In this document: one piece after another, positions 37,950 through 47,743 of the stretch
Layout: each line of letters opens with the position of its first letter
Position numbering within the stretch: the first letter of the stretch is position 1
Source of the DNA: an uncultured virus (IMG/VR IMGVR_UViG_3300029955_000023)
Lineage: Duplodnaviria > Heunggongvirae > Uroviricota > Caudoviricetes
DNA length: 64,000 nt
Strand: one strand, 5' to 3'
Virus record (IMG/VR): IMGVR_UViG_3300029955_000023
Notes under the pieces: model-generated
What the model saw: the letters and a program-made list of their open reading frames with translations, nothing else
What the model was told of the DNA's origin: nothing
Databases searched by the model: none
Position numbers and translations under genes: made by a program

Positions 37950-39206
37950 ATGTTTGATATTGAGAAATATAAAGCAGCGTGCGTTTTTCCGGGTGAGATC
38001 GACGACTCTGCCGTGAAAATAGCGCTGGCGGGATATTGCGCCGCGCTCAAAATCGAGCGCGAGATTGTTAGAATCGAGAGAGGTTGGAAACTATCTGACT
38101 ATCCTGATCTCCAACGAACGATTGTGGAAATCGCCCGTGCCGCCCGTGACGCTCGTGACGCTCGTGACGCCCTTGCCGCCAGTGACGCCCGTGCCGCCCG
38201 TGACGCTCGTGACGCTCGTGACGCCCTTGCCGCCAGTGACGCCCGTGCCGCCCTTGCCGCCCGTGACGCCAGTGACGCCAGTGCCGCCAGTGACGCTCGT
38301 GACGCCCTTGCCGCCAGTGACGCCCGTGCCACCCGTGACGCTCGTGACGCCCGTGCCGCCCTTGCCGCCCGTGACGCTCGTGCCGCCCTTGCCGCCCGTG
38401 ACGCCAGTGCCGCCAGTGACGCTCGTGCCGCCCGTGACGCCAGTGACGCTCGTGCCGCCCGTGACGCTCGTGACGCCCGTGACGCTCGTGACGCCCTTGC
38501 CGCCCGTGCCGCCCGTGACGCCAGTGACGCTCGTGACGCCAGTGCCGCCCTACATCGTTTCGCGAAATGGTGCATCGCGCGTCAATATTGGTGGGATTGG
38601 GATTTATCGTTGATAAGCGAAATAAACGCCGGGGCTCATCAAATAAAAGAAAATCGCGTTATTGCGTGGTCTGATCCTATCTATGACGCTTTCTTGTCAG
38701 GGGCGTCTTTTCTATTTTGGACAGACAAGACGCTATATTGGGTTGCAAAACCGGATATTAAAACCGAAATTGTCAACGGCTCGCGACGTCTACATTGCGA
38801 GGACGGCCCCGCCGCTGATTTTGACAGTGAACCATTGTATTTTTGGCATGGAAACCTCGTTCCGAAACATTGGATCGAGGCCAAGAATGATCTGACCGCC
38901 GATGAGATATTCAAGGAAGACAACGCCGAGATCCGACGCGCTGGTTGCGAAATCATCGGATGGGATCGCGTGCTGTCTGGCATTGACGCGAAAATAGTTG
39001 ACACGGACGGAGACCCAATGATCGGCACGTTGTATCGAGGTCAAATACCCGGCGCGGTCGAATGCGGGTTCTTGAAAGTCTTGTGCGGGACAGGTCGTGA
39101 GTTCGTCATACCGGTATCGCCCGAGATTAATACCGCGATCAAAGCGCAAGCGTGGGTGCAAAATGTTTCCTTTGAGAAGTGGATGCGTCCGGAGGTTCGC
39201 GGATGA
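37950..39206 (+). CDS. DUF6745-like protein with tripeptide repeat tract, copy 1
   Basis: RLHCEDGPA...YFWHG..VP...NAEIRR...IG..R motifs; A-R/S/L-D/A repeats. Confidence 0.7.
   Translation: MFDIEKYKAACVFPGEIDDSAVKIALAGYCAALKIEREIVRIERGWKLSDYPDLQRTIVEIARAARDARDARDALAASDARAARDARDARDALAASDARAALAARDASDASAASDARDALAASDARATRDARDARAALAARDARAALAARDASAASDARAARDASDARAARDARDARDARDALAARAARDASDARDASAALHRFAKWCIARQYWWDWDLSLISEINAGAHQIKENRVIAWSDPIYDAFLSGASFLFWTDKTLYWVAKPDIKTEIVNGSRRLHCEDGPAADFDSEPLYFWHGNLVPKHWIEAKNDLTADEIFKEDNAEIRRAGCEIIGWDRVLSGIDAKIVDTDGDPMIGTLYRGQIPGAVECGFLKVLCGTGREFVIPVSPEINTAIKAQAWVQNVSFEKWMRPEVRG
38133..38546 (+). repeat. 46 x 9-bp coding minisatellite
   Basis: Units GCCCGTGAC, GCTCGTGAC, GCCAGTGAC, GCCCTTGCC and GCCCGTGCC. 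Confidence 0.9.
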
Positions 39207-39285
39207 CCATCGACACGTCAACGGAAGCGGTGAAGGCGGTTTCCATATTGGTGCGTATGAGCGACCCAACAACCAAGGAGCCGAA

Positions 39286-39570
39286 ATGAGCGAAGCGCAT
39301 GAGAAGCTGAAACGCGAGATAGTGGAGATTATCGAGATACGGCACAAGGATGATAGGGGCGATGATGAGATCGCGGCTAATATACTATCACACATCCTCG
39401 CCGCGTTGGAGACCGTTACGCCGGAAATGGCGGATTCCGCATTTGGGGCTGTGATGCTCGGAGGGCGGCACGGCCCGAACACGGCCGACTTTTTCAGACA
39501 GGAATCTCAAATTCATACGTACAAGAAGATGCTCGCCGCCTCTGCGCTAACTCCAACCAAGCGAGGATGA
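39286..39570 (+). CDS. Hypothetical protein
   Basis: MSEAHEKL start; VTPEM...YKKMLAAS motif. Confidence 0.6.
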   Translation: MSEAHEKLKREIVEIIEIRHKDDRGDDEIAANILSHILAALETVTPEMADSAFGAVMLGGRHGPNTADFFRQESQIHTYKKMLAASALTPTKRG

Positions 39571-39571
39571 A

Positions 39572-39817
39572 ATGATCGGCCTACTGCGCATGGATTACAT
39601 AAACAAATTGCCGCATCCGCTATTTGTCAAGTTGTTCGGCGATAAGGACCAAGCGTGGCCTGTTGAGACCATTGACGTTGAAACAGGACTGATGCGCATA
39701 GACGTCTGCGGAAAATTGCAGCGTCTACACATTGGAGGGGTGGGCGAGTTCGTGGATGCGGATGGGAAATTGCACGATCCCGAGACATTGTACTCTGATT
39801 ATGAGGAGCCGAAATGA
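39572..39817 (+). CDS. Hypothetical protein
   Basis: WPVETIDVETGLMRIDVCGKL; ends EEPK. Confidence 0.65.
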   Translation: MIGLLRMDYINKLPHPLFVKLFGDKDQAWPVETIDVETGLMRIDVCGKLQRLHIGGVGEFVDADGKLHDPETLYSDYEEPK

Positions 39818-40149
39818 CCATCGATGTCAGCAAAATCAAAGTGGGAGACACCATCTGGGTGAAGGCTGTCGTCGCCATGACCTCCCATTACGACATCCAT
39901 CGCCCATTCAAGGCAATGGTGGTAGATCATCCCACCAATCTCGAACGCGACGACTTCTGGCCCAAAATCGAAAACATCGTCGGATGGGAAAAGCAAAAAC
40001 ATCTCCTTCGTGTTGGAGCCATAGTGCGGTCCAAAACATGGAAACATGAGGGTGAAGTGTTCGCGTATGACGATAAGGAAGTCGTCATAAAGAGTGTGGA
40101 TCACGGATTCGTCGTGCTCGAGATTGACGACATAGAGGTACTGTCATGA
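39814..40149 (+). CDS. Hypothetical protein (tandem SH3/KOW-like)
   Basis: IKVGDTIWV and LRVGAIVR segments. Confidence 0.6.
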   Translation: MTIDVSKIKVGDTIWVKAVVAMTSHYDIHRPFKAMVVDHPTNLERDDFWPKIENIVGWEKQKHLLRVGAIVRSKTWKHEGEVFAYDDKEVVIKSVDHGFVVLEIDDIEVLS

Positions 40150-40330
40150 CCATCAACACAAGCACGGAAGCGGTGAAGGCGGTTTCCATATTGGTGCGTA
40201 TGAGCGACCCAACCCCCAAGGAGCCGAAATGAGCGACGCGCATGAGAAGCTGGCTGAGGAGCCCATCGAGCACCCGCTAAAAGAGATCGATACGCAGATT
40301 TATGTGTAACCCACCGCCCAGGAGAAAATA

Positions 40331-40678
40331 ATGAAAATTCTACAATTCGAGACGGTTGCCGCCCAGGGCGAGCTTACGATCACGAAGTTGAAGAGAGCCC
40401 CAAATAACATCGGAATCCGCGTTGAGCCCGTTGATGGAAAACTGATCGTCGGCCATTCCGAAACGGGCCACCATCATGTCGTTGACGCCGAATGCGCGAC
40501 GCTCACGCGGATCGATCAATTCACGGCGCTACTCGATGTGATCAAGATGACGCGGCTTGATCACCTGCGCGAGTGCGACACACATCCGAGCATCGCGTTA
40601 CAGCCCGGAATGTACGAGTTCCGAACGGGTCGAGAGTTTGACCCTTTTGCTGCAACCATCCGCGCCAGCCAGGATTGA
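40331..40678 (+). CDS. His-rich small beta protein, copy 2
   Basis: Protein identical to 37593-37940. Confidence 0.75.
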   Translation: MKILQFETVAAQGELTITKLKRAPNNIGIRVEPVDGKLIVGHSETGHHHVVDAECATLTRIDQFTALLDVIKMTRLDHLRECDTHPSIALQPGMYEFRTGREFDPFAATIRASQD

Positions 40679-40687
40679 GGAACTGCC

Positions 40688-41944
40688 ATGTTTGATATTG
40701 AGAAATATAAAGCAGCGTGCGTTTTTCCGGGTGAGATCGACGACTCTGCCGTGAAAATAGCGCTGGCGGGATATTGCGCCGCGCTCAAAATCGAGCGCGA
40801 GATTGTTAGAATCGAGAGAGGTTGGAAACTATCTGACTATCCTGATCTCCAACGAACGATTGTGGAAATCGCCCGTGCCGCCCGTGACGCTCGTGACGCT
40901 CGTGACGCCCTTGCCGCCAGTGACGCCCGTGCCGCCCGTGACGCTCGTGACGCTCGTGACGCCCTTGCCGCCAGTGACGCCCGTGCCGCCCTTGCCGCCC
41001 GTGACGCCAGTGACGCCAGTGCCGCCAGTGACGCTCGTGACGCCCTTGCCGCCAGTGACGCCCGTGCCACCCGTGACGCTCGTGACGCCCGTGCCGCCCT
41101 TGCCGCCCGTGACGCTCGTGCCGCCCTTGCCGCCCGTGACGCCAGTGCCGCCAGTGACGCTCGTGCCGCCCGTGACGCCAGTGACGCTCGTGCCGCCCGT
41201 GACGCTCGTGACGCCCGTGACGCTCGTGACGCCCTTGCCGCCCGTGCCGCCCGTGACGCCAGTGACGCTCGTGACGCCAGTGCCGCCCTACATCGTTTCG
41301 CGAAATGGTGCATCGCGCGTCAATATTGGTGGGATTGGGATTTATCGTTGATAAGCGAAATAAACGCCGGGGCTCATCAAATAAAAGAAAATCGCGTTAT
41401 TGCGTGGTCTGATCCTATCTATGACGCTTTCTTGTCAGGGGCGTCTTTTCTATTTTGGACAGACAAGACGCTATATTGGGTTGCAAAACCGGATATTAAA
41501 ACCGAAATTGTCAACGGCTCGCGACGTCTACATTGCGAGGACGGCCCCGCCGCTGATTTTGACAGTGAACCATTGTATTTTTGGCATGGAAACCTCGTTC
41601 CGAAACATTGGATCGAGGCCAAGAATGATCTGACCGCCGATGAGATATTCAAGGAAGACAACGCCGAGATCCGACGCGCTGGTTGCGAAATCATCGGATG
41701 GGATCGCGTGCTGTCTGGCATTGACGCGAAAATAGTTGACACGGACGGAGACCCAATGATCGGCACGTTGTATCGAGGTCAAATACCCGGCGCGGTCGAA
41801 TGCGGGTTCTTGAAAGTCTTGTGCGGGACAGGTCGTGAGTTCGTCATACCGGTATCGCCCGAGATTAATACCGCGATCAAAGCGCAAGCGTGGGTGCAAA
41901 ATGTTTCCTTTGAGAAGTGGATGCGCCCGGAGGTTCGCGGATGA
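40688..41944 (+). CDS. DUF6745-like repeat protein, copy 2
   Basis: Protein identical to 37950-39206. Confidence 0.7.
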   Translation: MFDIEKYKAACVFPGEIDDSAVKIALAGYCAALKIEREIVRIERGWKLSDYPDLQRTIVEIARAARDARDARDALAASDARAARDARDARDALAASDARAALAARDASDASAASDARDALAASDARATRDARDARAALAARDARAALAARDASAASDARAARDASDARAARDARDARDARDALAARAARDASDARDASAALHRFAKWCIARQYWWDWDLSLISEINAGAHQIKENRVIAWSDPIYDAFLSGASFLFWTDKTLYWVAKPDIKTEIVNGSRRLHCEDGPAADFDSEPLYFWHGNLVPKHWIEAKNDLTADEIFKEDNAEIRRAGCEIIGWDRVLSGIDAKIVDTDGDPMIGTLYRGQIPGAVECGFLKVLCGTGREFVIPVSPEINTAIKAQAWVQNVSFEKWMRPEVRG

Positions 41945-42336
41945 CCATCGACACAAGCACGGAAGCGGTGAAGGCGCAGGCGCAATTCTACCGCGAATAT
42001 GGATTCCCCAAGGCCTCCGACCTTATTGACGCTCTAGTAGCGGAGAGGGATGACGCAGAGCGTGCGATGACGCTAGGCGGCAATGCCGGGCGAGCCACGA
42101 TGGAGGCGTTGCTATCCGCTCAATCTGACCTCGCCGCCCTCCGCGCGGAGAATGAGGTTTTGAAGCGGGCGTTGGAGCCGTTCGCGAAAGTGGCGGAATG
42201 CGACATAGGCAAGGACGAAGGCGACGATGAACAGTTCATGCCTTTCCGATCGGGCCATAACCGAGCGCCGAAGCTGCTCGTCGGCGATCTTCGCGCCGCC
42301 AAAGCCGCTCTCTCCACCAAGGAGCCGAACCTATAA
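41941..42336 (+). CDS. Hypothetical coiled-coil protein
   Basis: Starts [18 protein letters not shown]...GDLRAA.AAL; ends STKEPNL. Confidence 0.65.
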   Translation: MTIDTSTEAVKAQAQFYREYGFPKASDLIDALVAERDDAERAMTLGGNAGRATMEALLSAQSDLAALRAENEVLKRALEPFAKVAECDIGKDEGDDEQFMPFRSGHNRAPKLLVGDLRAAKAALSTKEPNL

Positions 42337-42353
42337 CCGATCCCCGCCCTGCG

Positions 42354-42614
42354 GTGGAGAAGGCGGCAAAGGAGATAGGCGCAGTCTATCCAAGGCTACC
42401 ATTCAAGATTTCCCTCGCCAAGGCCGAGATCGATACCGAGGCCCTTCTCAAAGATTGGTTCGAATCCCACCCCGACCAAACAGATAACTATTGCTTCCTC
42501 TCACGCGACTTCATCGCCAGCCTAACCCATTTGCTCGAACCCGTCGAATGCTGGGAGTTTCACGTTGACGAATATAACCCGGCCGGAGGAAACTACGTCA
42601 CACGGATGGGCTAG
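42354..42614 (+). CDS. Hypothetical protein
   Basis: Last plus-strand ORF; weak start. Confidence 0.35.
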   Translation: MEKAAKEIGAVYPRLPFKISLAKAEIDTEALLKDWFESHPDQTDNYCFLSRDFIASLTHLLEPVECWEFHVDEYNPAGGNYVTRMG

Positions 42615-42767
42615 GCCATCGTCGGCGCGCTACTCGAACCCCATAGCGCGTAAGACCCCGTAGCATACCAGTGACGCGACGATCACAGCCTCAACAAAGC
42701 TGATGGTCGCCGCTAATCCGTCCGGGCTCCTGCATTGCGTCGCCAGAATGATCGCCATTTTGAGCAT

Positions 42768-43028
42768 TTACGTGCCCCATAGCATCGATAAAAGCATAGC
42801 GAATTTACCTCGCGCCGCCAATATGATCGCCACCACGATGCCAATTATCCAGACGCCTGGACGAAGAAGTCGGCCGATGAACCCTAGCGCGGCAAGTCCT
42901 CGCCAAGCCGTGATCATCTCGCGAAGCGTGGCGACCTCTTCCGTCGTGAAGATATGAATGCTCTGGTCGTCCAACAGTTCCTTGAGCTTGGAAAGAGCGG
43001 CTGTTTCGGCGGCGTCGAATCCTGGCAT
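42768..43028 (-). CDS. Small membrane protein (possible holin/antiholin)
   Basis: MPGFDAAE...; C-terminal TM helix; lies in the lysis region. Confidence 0.5.
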   Translation of the reverse strand: MPGFDAAETAALSKLKELLDDQSIHIFTTEEVATLREMITAWRGLAALGFIGRLLRPGVWIIGIVVAIILAARGKFAMLLSMLWGT

Positions 43029-43072
43029 GACGGGTTGATCCTCGTTCTTAATTCGCCCTGCGATAGTCCATC

Positions 43073-43291
43073 CTAGCCCGCCGTGGCGAAACAAACGATA
43101 CCACCCCACCAGAAATGGCAGGCGAGAAACCCGGCGACAAACCCGGCGATGAAGGGCAGCGGAGGCCACGCCTTGGTCGTGTCCCAGACTGTCCTCGATA
43201 GCGTCGCGCGTCCCGTTTTGATCGCGAACGCCTCAAATACGCCGAAGCTCGCGGCGATGAGAAGAACCCAAAACCACCAAAATAATTCCAT
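43073..43291 (-). CDS. Small two-TM membrane protein
   Basis: MELFWWFWVLLI...TLSR..W...LACHFWW. Confidence 0.6.
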   Translation of the reverse strand: MELFWWFWVLLIAASFGVFEAFAIKTGRATLSRTVWDTTKAWPPLPFIAGFVAGFLACHFWWGGIVCFATAG

Positions 43292-43436
43292 CAGACAACT
43301 CCGAGGCGAATGCGCACATGTGCGATTATCCAGAACGCCGCCCACCCGGTCAATCCGACGACCGCGATGCCTAGGCAGGTGCAGAATATTAGAAACATTC
43401 CGAATGCGTTGAAAGCGTCTTGGAAGAGTCGCCGCA

Positions 43437-43664
43437 TCACCGCCCCCGATGTTTTTTGAAATCGACGGCGACGTTCGCGCCGTCGCCGATTACATTGAGG
43501 ATGGCGCTCGGCGTGAACGTCCGGGTCGCTAGCATACATCCCAGGTCGATCACGCCGACCGCCACGTCGGTCGGTAGGAAGCCCTGCAGCTGGCCGCCAA
43601 GCGCGTCGACCGGGGCGTTAATAGCCACGCACGCCGCGACGACGGCTAGCAGGTGGACCGCCAT
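43437..43664 (-). CDS. Small hydrophobic protein
   Basis: TAATG-coupled ORF. Confidence 0.45.
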   Translation of the reverse strand: MAVHLLAVVAACVAINAPVDALGGQLQGFLPTDVAVGVIDLGCMLATRTFTPSAILNVIGDGANVAVDFKKHRGR

Positions 43665-44002
43665 TAGCCGCCCGAGTTGATGAGCTGCTCGATTTCAAGA
43701 ACCGTCTGCACGATGTTGGTTCCCGGCGCGGGATTGATAAGTGTCATTGCGAGCGCCGCCGCGTCGGAAGGTTCGCCCTGCTCGGTCGCCAATTTGGCCG
43801 CGAGCGTGGATAGGATTTGCGGATTGGTCGAAAATTGCAGAATCTGTTTGCAGATCGCGAGTTCGTCGGACAGATTAGGGTTGGCCGCGTTGCCGATCGA
43901 GTTGATGATCGAGGTCGCGCTCGCTCCGGTAATGCCGAGACTGGTTAGCGTCGAGGTGACGCCGGACAGCGCGGAGGAGACGTTAGCCCAATTGAAAGAC
44001 AT
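43664..44002 (-). CDS. Hypothetical protein
   Basis: AAGGA RBS; Ser/Ala-rich. Confidence 0.6.
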   Translation of the reverse strand: MSFNWANVSSALSGVTSTLTSLGITGASATSIINSIGNAANPNLSDELAICKQILQFSTNPQILSTLAAKLATEQGEPSDAAALAMTLINPAPGTNIVQTVLEIEQLINSGG

Positions 44003-44114
44003 TATGTGGTTTCCTTATGTGAGGTTTCTAGGGATGAATCCGACCGGCTCGGCGTCAACGTGGGTCGCGTCCCACGGGAGATGTCGGAACCGGGCGAAAG
44101 GGGTTCGAGGGTGA

Positions 44115-44300
44115 TTATTTGCTCGGGATGACGGTTCCCGGCTTGTTGGTGATGGCGGACCATACCGCAACACCAGCCGTCGCCACGGCCGTGGCGATGA
44201 TGGTGTCCTGATCCGATGTGCCAAAACCGTAGTGCGTGGCGACGGCGACTATACCAGGGATAATAGCCCTGATAATCCCGGTGATTTGGTCAACGTTCAT
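44115..44300 (-). CDS. Putative holin
   Basis: 61 aa with two hydrophobic segments (GIIRAII...AVWS); directly downstream of the endolysin. Confidence 0.6.
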   Translation of the reverse strand: MNVDQITGIIRAIIPGIVAVATHYGFGTSDQDTIIATAVATAGVAVWSAITNKPGTVIPSK

Positions 44301-44314
44301 GGCATGTCCTTTTG

Positions 44315-44364
44315 TGACGTTCGTCGAGTGCGGGGGCCACCGCGGCGCGCCTCGACGAACGTCA
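44315..44364. promoter_or_regulatory. 14-bp perfect inverted repeat between endolysin and holin
   Basis: TGACGTTCGTCGAG-N22-CTCGACGAACGTCA. Confidence 0.6.
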
Positions 44365-44394
44365 GGCAGGCCCGCGCGTCGCGGTGTTCGTATT

Positions 44395-44934
44395 TCATGT
44401 CGCGGATCTAGCCGCCGCGTTCATCGCGAGCGACTTTGCGTGGATGCCATTGAGCCGGTTTGTCCAGCCGGTCCCGAAATACCTCCACGTCGTGAGCCGC
44501 TGAAAAAACGACAGCCGCGCGGCGCATAGGCTGTTGATGAGATTAGGCGAGTTCGCGAAAGGCTTTAGAGCCGCCAGCGTCATCACGCCGAACTGTCCAT
44601 CGTCGGCGACGCCGAGTTGACGCTGCAAATATTTGATCGCCGTCACTGGCCCGGAGCCCCAGCCGAAATCAACCATCACGAGATCGAGCCCGGCGTAGAG
44701 ATCATCGCCGCGCACCGCGTCCCAGAATTGGGCGCGGTAGATCGCCTGGATATCGGCGTCGGAGGCGTCACGCACCGCAGCGTCGGGGCGGCCGTGGTGG
44801 ATGAGCCACGCTGAATAGACGGCCTGGGTGACTCCCTTGAGCGTCGCGCCGCCGGGGTCGTGCGGGTTGTCGACATAGCCTCCCTCGAAACTTTCGGTTT
44901 CGGCGAAGCAGGCGAGAAAATTGGCGGCGCTCAT
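44395..44934 (-). CDS. Endolysin, glycoside hydrolase family 108 with PG-binding C-terminus
   Basis: EGGYVDNPHDPGGATLKGVT; DG.FG..T; FG.GW.NR. Confidence 0.92.
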   Translation of the reverse strand: MSAANFLACFAETESFEGGYVDNPHDPGGATLKGVTQAVYSAWLIHHGRPDAAVRDASDADIQAIYRAQFWDAVRGDDLYAGLDLVMVDFGWGSGPVTAIKYLQRQLGVADDGQFGVMTLAALKPFANSPNLINSLCAARLSFFQRLTTWRYFGTGWTNRLNGIHAKSLAMNAAARSAT

Positions 44935-44956
44935 TTGCGGAATCCTTTCACATACA

Positions 44957-45355
44957 TCACGATGGGTCGCTCAGGCGGCGGAACTTCCCCGCTTTGATGT
45001 CGTCGAAAATGGCCTTGACGCCGGGTACGACGCCGAGCCGCTCGCACGTCATTACACCGTCGACAAAGACGACTGCGCCAACGAGGTCCGGGTCGCCGAC
45101 GTGTTTGACGAGGGCCGCTTTGTCGCCGTAGGGAACATCCTGTGAAACAGGCGGCGAAAGCATATATAGCGCCCGTGCGAATTGGAATTGCTCGGGCGTC
45201 AGCCATTCCGCCGAGCCGTCCGCAATCGACGCCTGTAAATGGTCGACGTCAAGCATCTGACATCGGGGCGGCGCATCGGCCGCTCGCGCATTCTCGACAG
45301 AGGAGAACCCGGCGAACACGCAAGCGAGCGCGGCGAGAAAGACGAGACTGGGCAT
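44957..45355 (-). CDS. Exported hypothetical protein
   Basis: Signal-peptide-like N-terminus ending ARA-AD. Confidence 0.6.
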   Translation of the reverse strand: MPSLVFLAALACVFAGFSSVENARAADAPPRCQMLDVDHLQASIADGSAEWLTPEQFQFARALYMLSPPVSQDVPYGDKAALVKHVGDPDLVGAVVFVDGVMTCERLGVVPGVKAIFDDIKAGKFRRLSDPS

Positions 45356-45371
45356 GTGCAGTCCTTTCAGG

Positions 45372-45794
45372 TCAGATGCAGCTAGGGACGCCGAGAGCTA
45401 TAGCTTCACGGCCGGTCATATAGGTGAATGTCAATTGATCTAACGCGTGATGCGCGCGGACCCATCGGCCTATGCCCGGATGCGGCCAGAGGTATGTCGC
45501 CAGCACCCAGTTTGATGCTGGCCGGTAGGGAGGGCCACCCGGGCGTTGAACACCCGCGTGGAAGGCGAGCGTGGCGTCAGGGTAGATGCATACATGCGTT
45601 GACCCGAGCTTCATCGTGCAGGCGGATTCGCAGAGCCCCGAGATTGCCACGCGTTCATTAAATATCCAGAAGTGATCGTAGTCTATGAGATAGCCGCCGG
45701 GGTCCACCTGGGCGAAGGCCGACGCGACGCCGAGCCAAAACAGCGCGCAAAACGCGACGACGATAGGCCAGACGAGGGCGTTGAGCCAATTCAC
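45372..45794 (-). CDS. Exported protein with a ClpP/crotonase-like motif
   Basis: Signal-like ...ASAFAQ; ISGLCESACTM...C...A.L.FH motif. Confidence 0.55.
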   Translation of the reverse strand: MNWLNALVWPIVVAFCALFWLGVASAFAQVDPGGYLIDYDHFWIFNERVAISGLCESACTMKLGSTHVCIYPDATLAFHAGVQRPGGPPYRPASNWVLATYLWPHPGIGRWVRAHHALDQLTFTYMTGREAIALGVPSCI

Positions 45795-46222
45795 GCAATA
45801 TTTCCTATGTTGGAGAGATAGGTCGGCGCATGAGTTACGCCCGCGTCCGTGCTCCAATAGGACGCGGAGCCGTCAGCGAGAGTGACCAGCGTGTAGATGG
45901 TCAGGGTTGCGGGGATGGTCATCAGCCCGCGCGCCACAGGGTTGAGCCCGTTGATCCGCAACCGGGTCCAGAAACCAGGAACCGCCGCCATGGTTGGGAT
46001 GGTGTCGCCATTGGCGTCAGTTGTCGTTGCGCCAGTTGGTTCTTGATGCACGCCCACGACGTTGAGGAAATAGCTCGCCATCGGATTTGGGTCGCCGGGA
46101 ATGAGCCCCTGACTGACAAAGCCTGCCTGCACCTGGCCGCTGGCCGCACGGTAGAAGCCCATTGTCGTGGCGGCGGCGATCAGCGTGGGGAGGTCGGTAG
46201 AGTCGATGAGGAAGTCGGTCAT
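45791..46222 (-). CDS. Fibre-associated hypothetical protein
   Basis: VVG...PTG...D..G...P.M..VPG...LR motif, typically found downstream of spike genes. Confidence 0.6.
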   Translation of the reverse strand: MTDFLIDSTDLPTLIAAATTMGFYRAASGQVQAGFVSQGLIPGDPNPMASYFLNVVGVHQEPTGATTTDANGDTIPTMAAVPGFWTRLRINGLNPVARGLMTIPATLTIYTLVTLADGSASYWSTDAGVTHAPTYLSNIGNIA

Positions 46223-47739
46223 TATTGTGGGCTCATGACAAAGAGACTATAGTAAGAAATAGATTTAATATGCGCATCCCAGAAAGCCGATGACCCGCTA
46301 GTTGATCCGAGATAGAAAGGCGATGTCGGCGTGCGGGTATTTGTATCCGTAGTTTTTGTGCCGTTCAGATCAATGATGCCTGCCGATGCTTTCCACGATA
46401 GCCCCGTATCGTTCGCCCCGGTCCATGTGGCCGTATTGCTGGAACTGAGAACCGAAGCAAGCGCGGTCGTAGCGTTGTTTCCCGCTGTCTTTCCGAGCAT
46501 AACAGCGCCGTTCGCACTTACAAGCGTGGAGGCAGTCGAAGCAATACCGTCAGGCGTATTGATGACGAGCGCCCCGCCCGCCCCCTGCAACGCCACCAAC
46601 GCCGGCCCAATGATCTGCACCACGTCCGCCGCGCGGGTGACGGCGCTTGCGGCGGTTGGGATCGCGCTCGTAGCAAACGCGCCCAATTCGACTTGCGGAT
46701 ATGTCATCGTGCCGAGGGACGTGACGGTCACAACGAGCGAGGTCGTCGAGGTCGTTCCGGTGTAAGTCGTGCGTGTTGGATAGGCGCTGCCGGTCATAAC
46801 CTGCGTCAGCGCACCGGACAGCGTAAGGACGCCCGTGCCGTAGAAACTGACCGAGTAGGCCGAACCGCTGGCGACAGTGATCGTCTGCGTGGCGGGGGCG
46901 TTGCTGTTGAGGAACAGGTTCGTCCTACTCTCTTCGATCCGCAGCCCTAGCGGCGCGAGCGTGGTGGGGCTGTAGTCGAAAGCAGGTCCGAAAAAGGATG
47001 CGCTGGTCGTAGCGACCTGATCTTGAGCGCGGGGGGCTGTTTCGTAGGTGACGGCGGAAAGGGTGACGCCGCCCACATACATCGTCGAGTTGGCTACTCC
47101 ATCTGGTCGCAGCCATGGATAAATTTGTGTGACCGTCGTTTTGAATGCAATATAGATCTTAAACAAGCCCCCGCCCAACGAGATCGAACCATATGTTAAG
47201 TTGGAATACCCACCTATTGCAGCCGGTGCAGACGCCCCGCCAGTCGTGGCGTTGAAAGTCACCAATGCATAATCTGCCCCGTCCGTGAACGCGATAAGTG
47301 TGGTTGAAGCGGAAGTGCCGGCGGACATGTACGTGGAAAGAATATAATTCCCGCTTTGAACGCTAATTGGGTTGACTGCTTGAATCTGGGCAGTGCCACC
47401 ATAACCCGTAACCTGCCAGAGATTGCCCGCTGGTGACGAAACAGCCGAAGCAGAAACGATTTCGCTAGGCCCCTGCCACCCGAGGGTGTTGCTTAAAGCG
47501 TTGCTATACAACGCCAAATTATTCGGCGCATACGTAATCGCCCCCGTCGCGCCGGTGATCGTCCGCAGCGACGGGCCGCTGTAGGTGTAGTTCGCGGGGT
47601 CGAGAGCGCCGCCGAGAAAGTTTGTGTATACGGTCGGCTTTACGCCGCCGCTAAACAGCAACAGTTCCTGCCCCGGCGTCGCAGCAATCGCCCCCGCCGC
47701 AACCAGCATAGCCCCAATAAAAGCGATCAGTCCCCGCAT
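46222..47739 (-). CDS. Head-spike/fibre-like protein with signal-peptide-like N-terminus
   Basis: GLRIEESRTNL and QVELGAFATSAIPT.ASAVTRAAD motifs; start MRGLIAFIGAMLVAAGAIAA. Confidence 0.75.
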   Translation of the reverse strand: MRGLIAFIGAMLVAAGAIAATPGQELLLFSGGVKPTVYTNFLGGALDPANYTYSGPSLRTITGATGAITYAPNNLALYSNALSNTLGWQGPSEIVSASAVSSPAGNLWQVTGYGGTAQIQAVNPISVQSGNYILSTYMSAGTSASTTLIAFTDGADYALVTFNATTGGASAPAAIGGYSNLTYGSISLGGGLFKIYIAFKTTVTQIYPWLRPDGVANSTMYVGGVTLSAVTYETAPRAQDQVATTSASFFGPAFDYSPTTLAPLGLRIEESRTNLFLNSNAPATQTITVASGSAYSVSFYGTGVLTLSGALTQVMTGSAYPTRTTYTGTTSTTSLVVTVTSLGTMTYPQVELGAFATSAIPTAASAVTRAADVVQIIGPALVALQGAGGALVINTPDGIASTASTLVSANGAVMLGKTAGNNATTALASVLSSSNTATWTGANDTGLSWKASAGIIDLNGTKTTDTNTRTPTSPFYLGSTSGSSAFWDAHIKSISYYSLFVMSPQ

Positions 47740-47743
47740 CGTC

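Larger units (their letters stand above)
37478..39238 (+). repeat. 1.76-kb direct repeat, copy 1
   Basis: Matches 40216-41976 at offset 2738; the differences noticed lie near the ends. Confidence 0.9.
40216..41976 (+). repeat. 1.76-kb direct repeat, copy 2
   Basis: Matches 37478-39238. Confidence 0.9.

Noticed and set aside
38133..38546. Possible CRISPR array
   Set aside because: Contiguous coding repeats with no unique spacers; no cas genes.
38065..38613. Alternate-frame PPVTLV and antisense ASRA repeat ORFs
   Set aside because: By-products of the stop-free 9-bp repeat.
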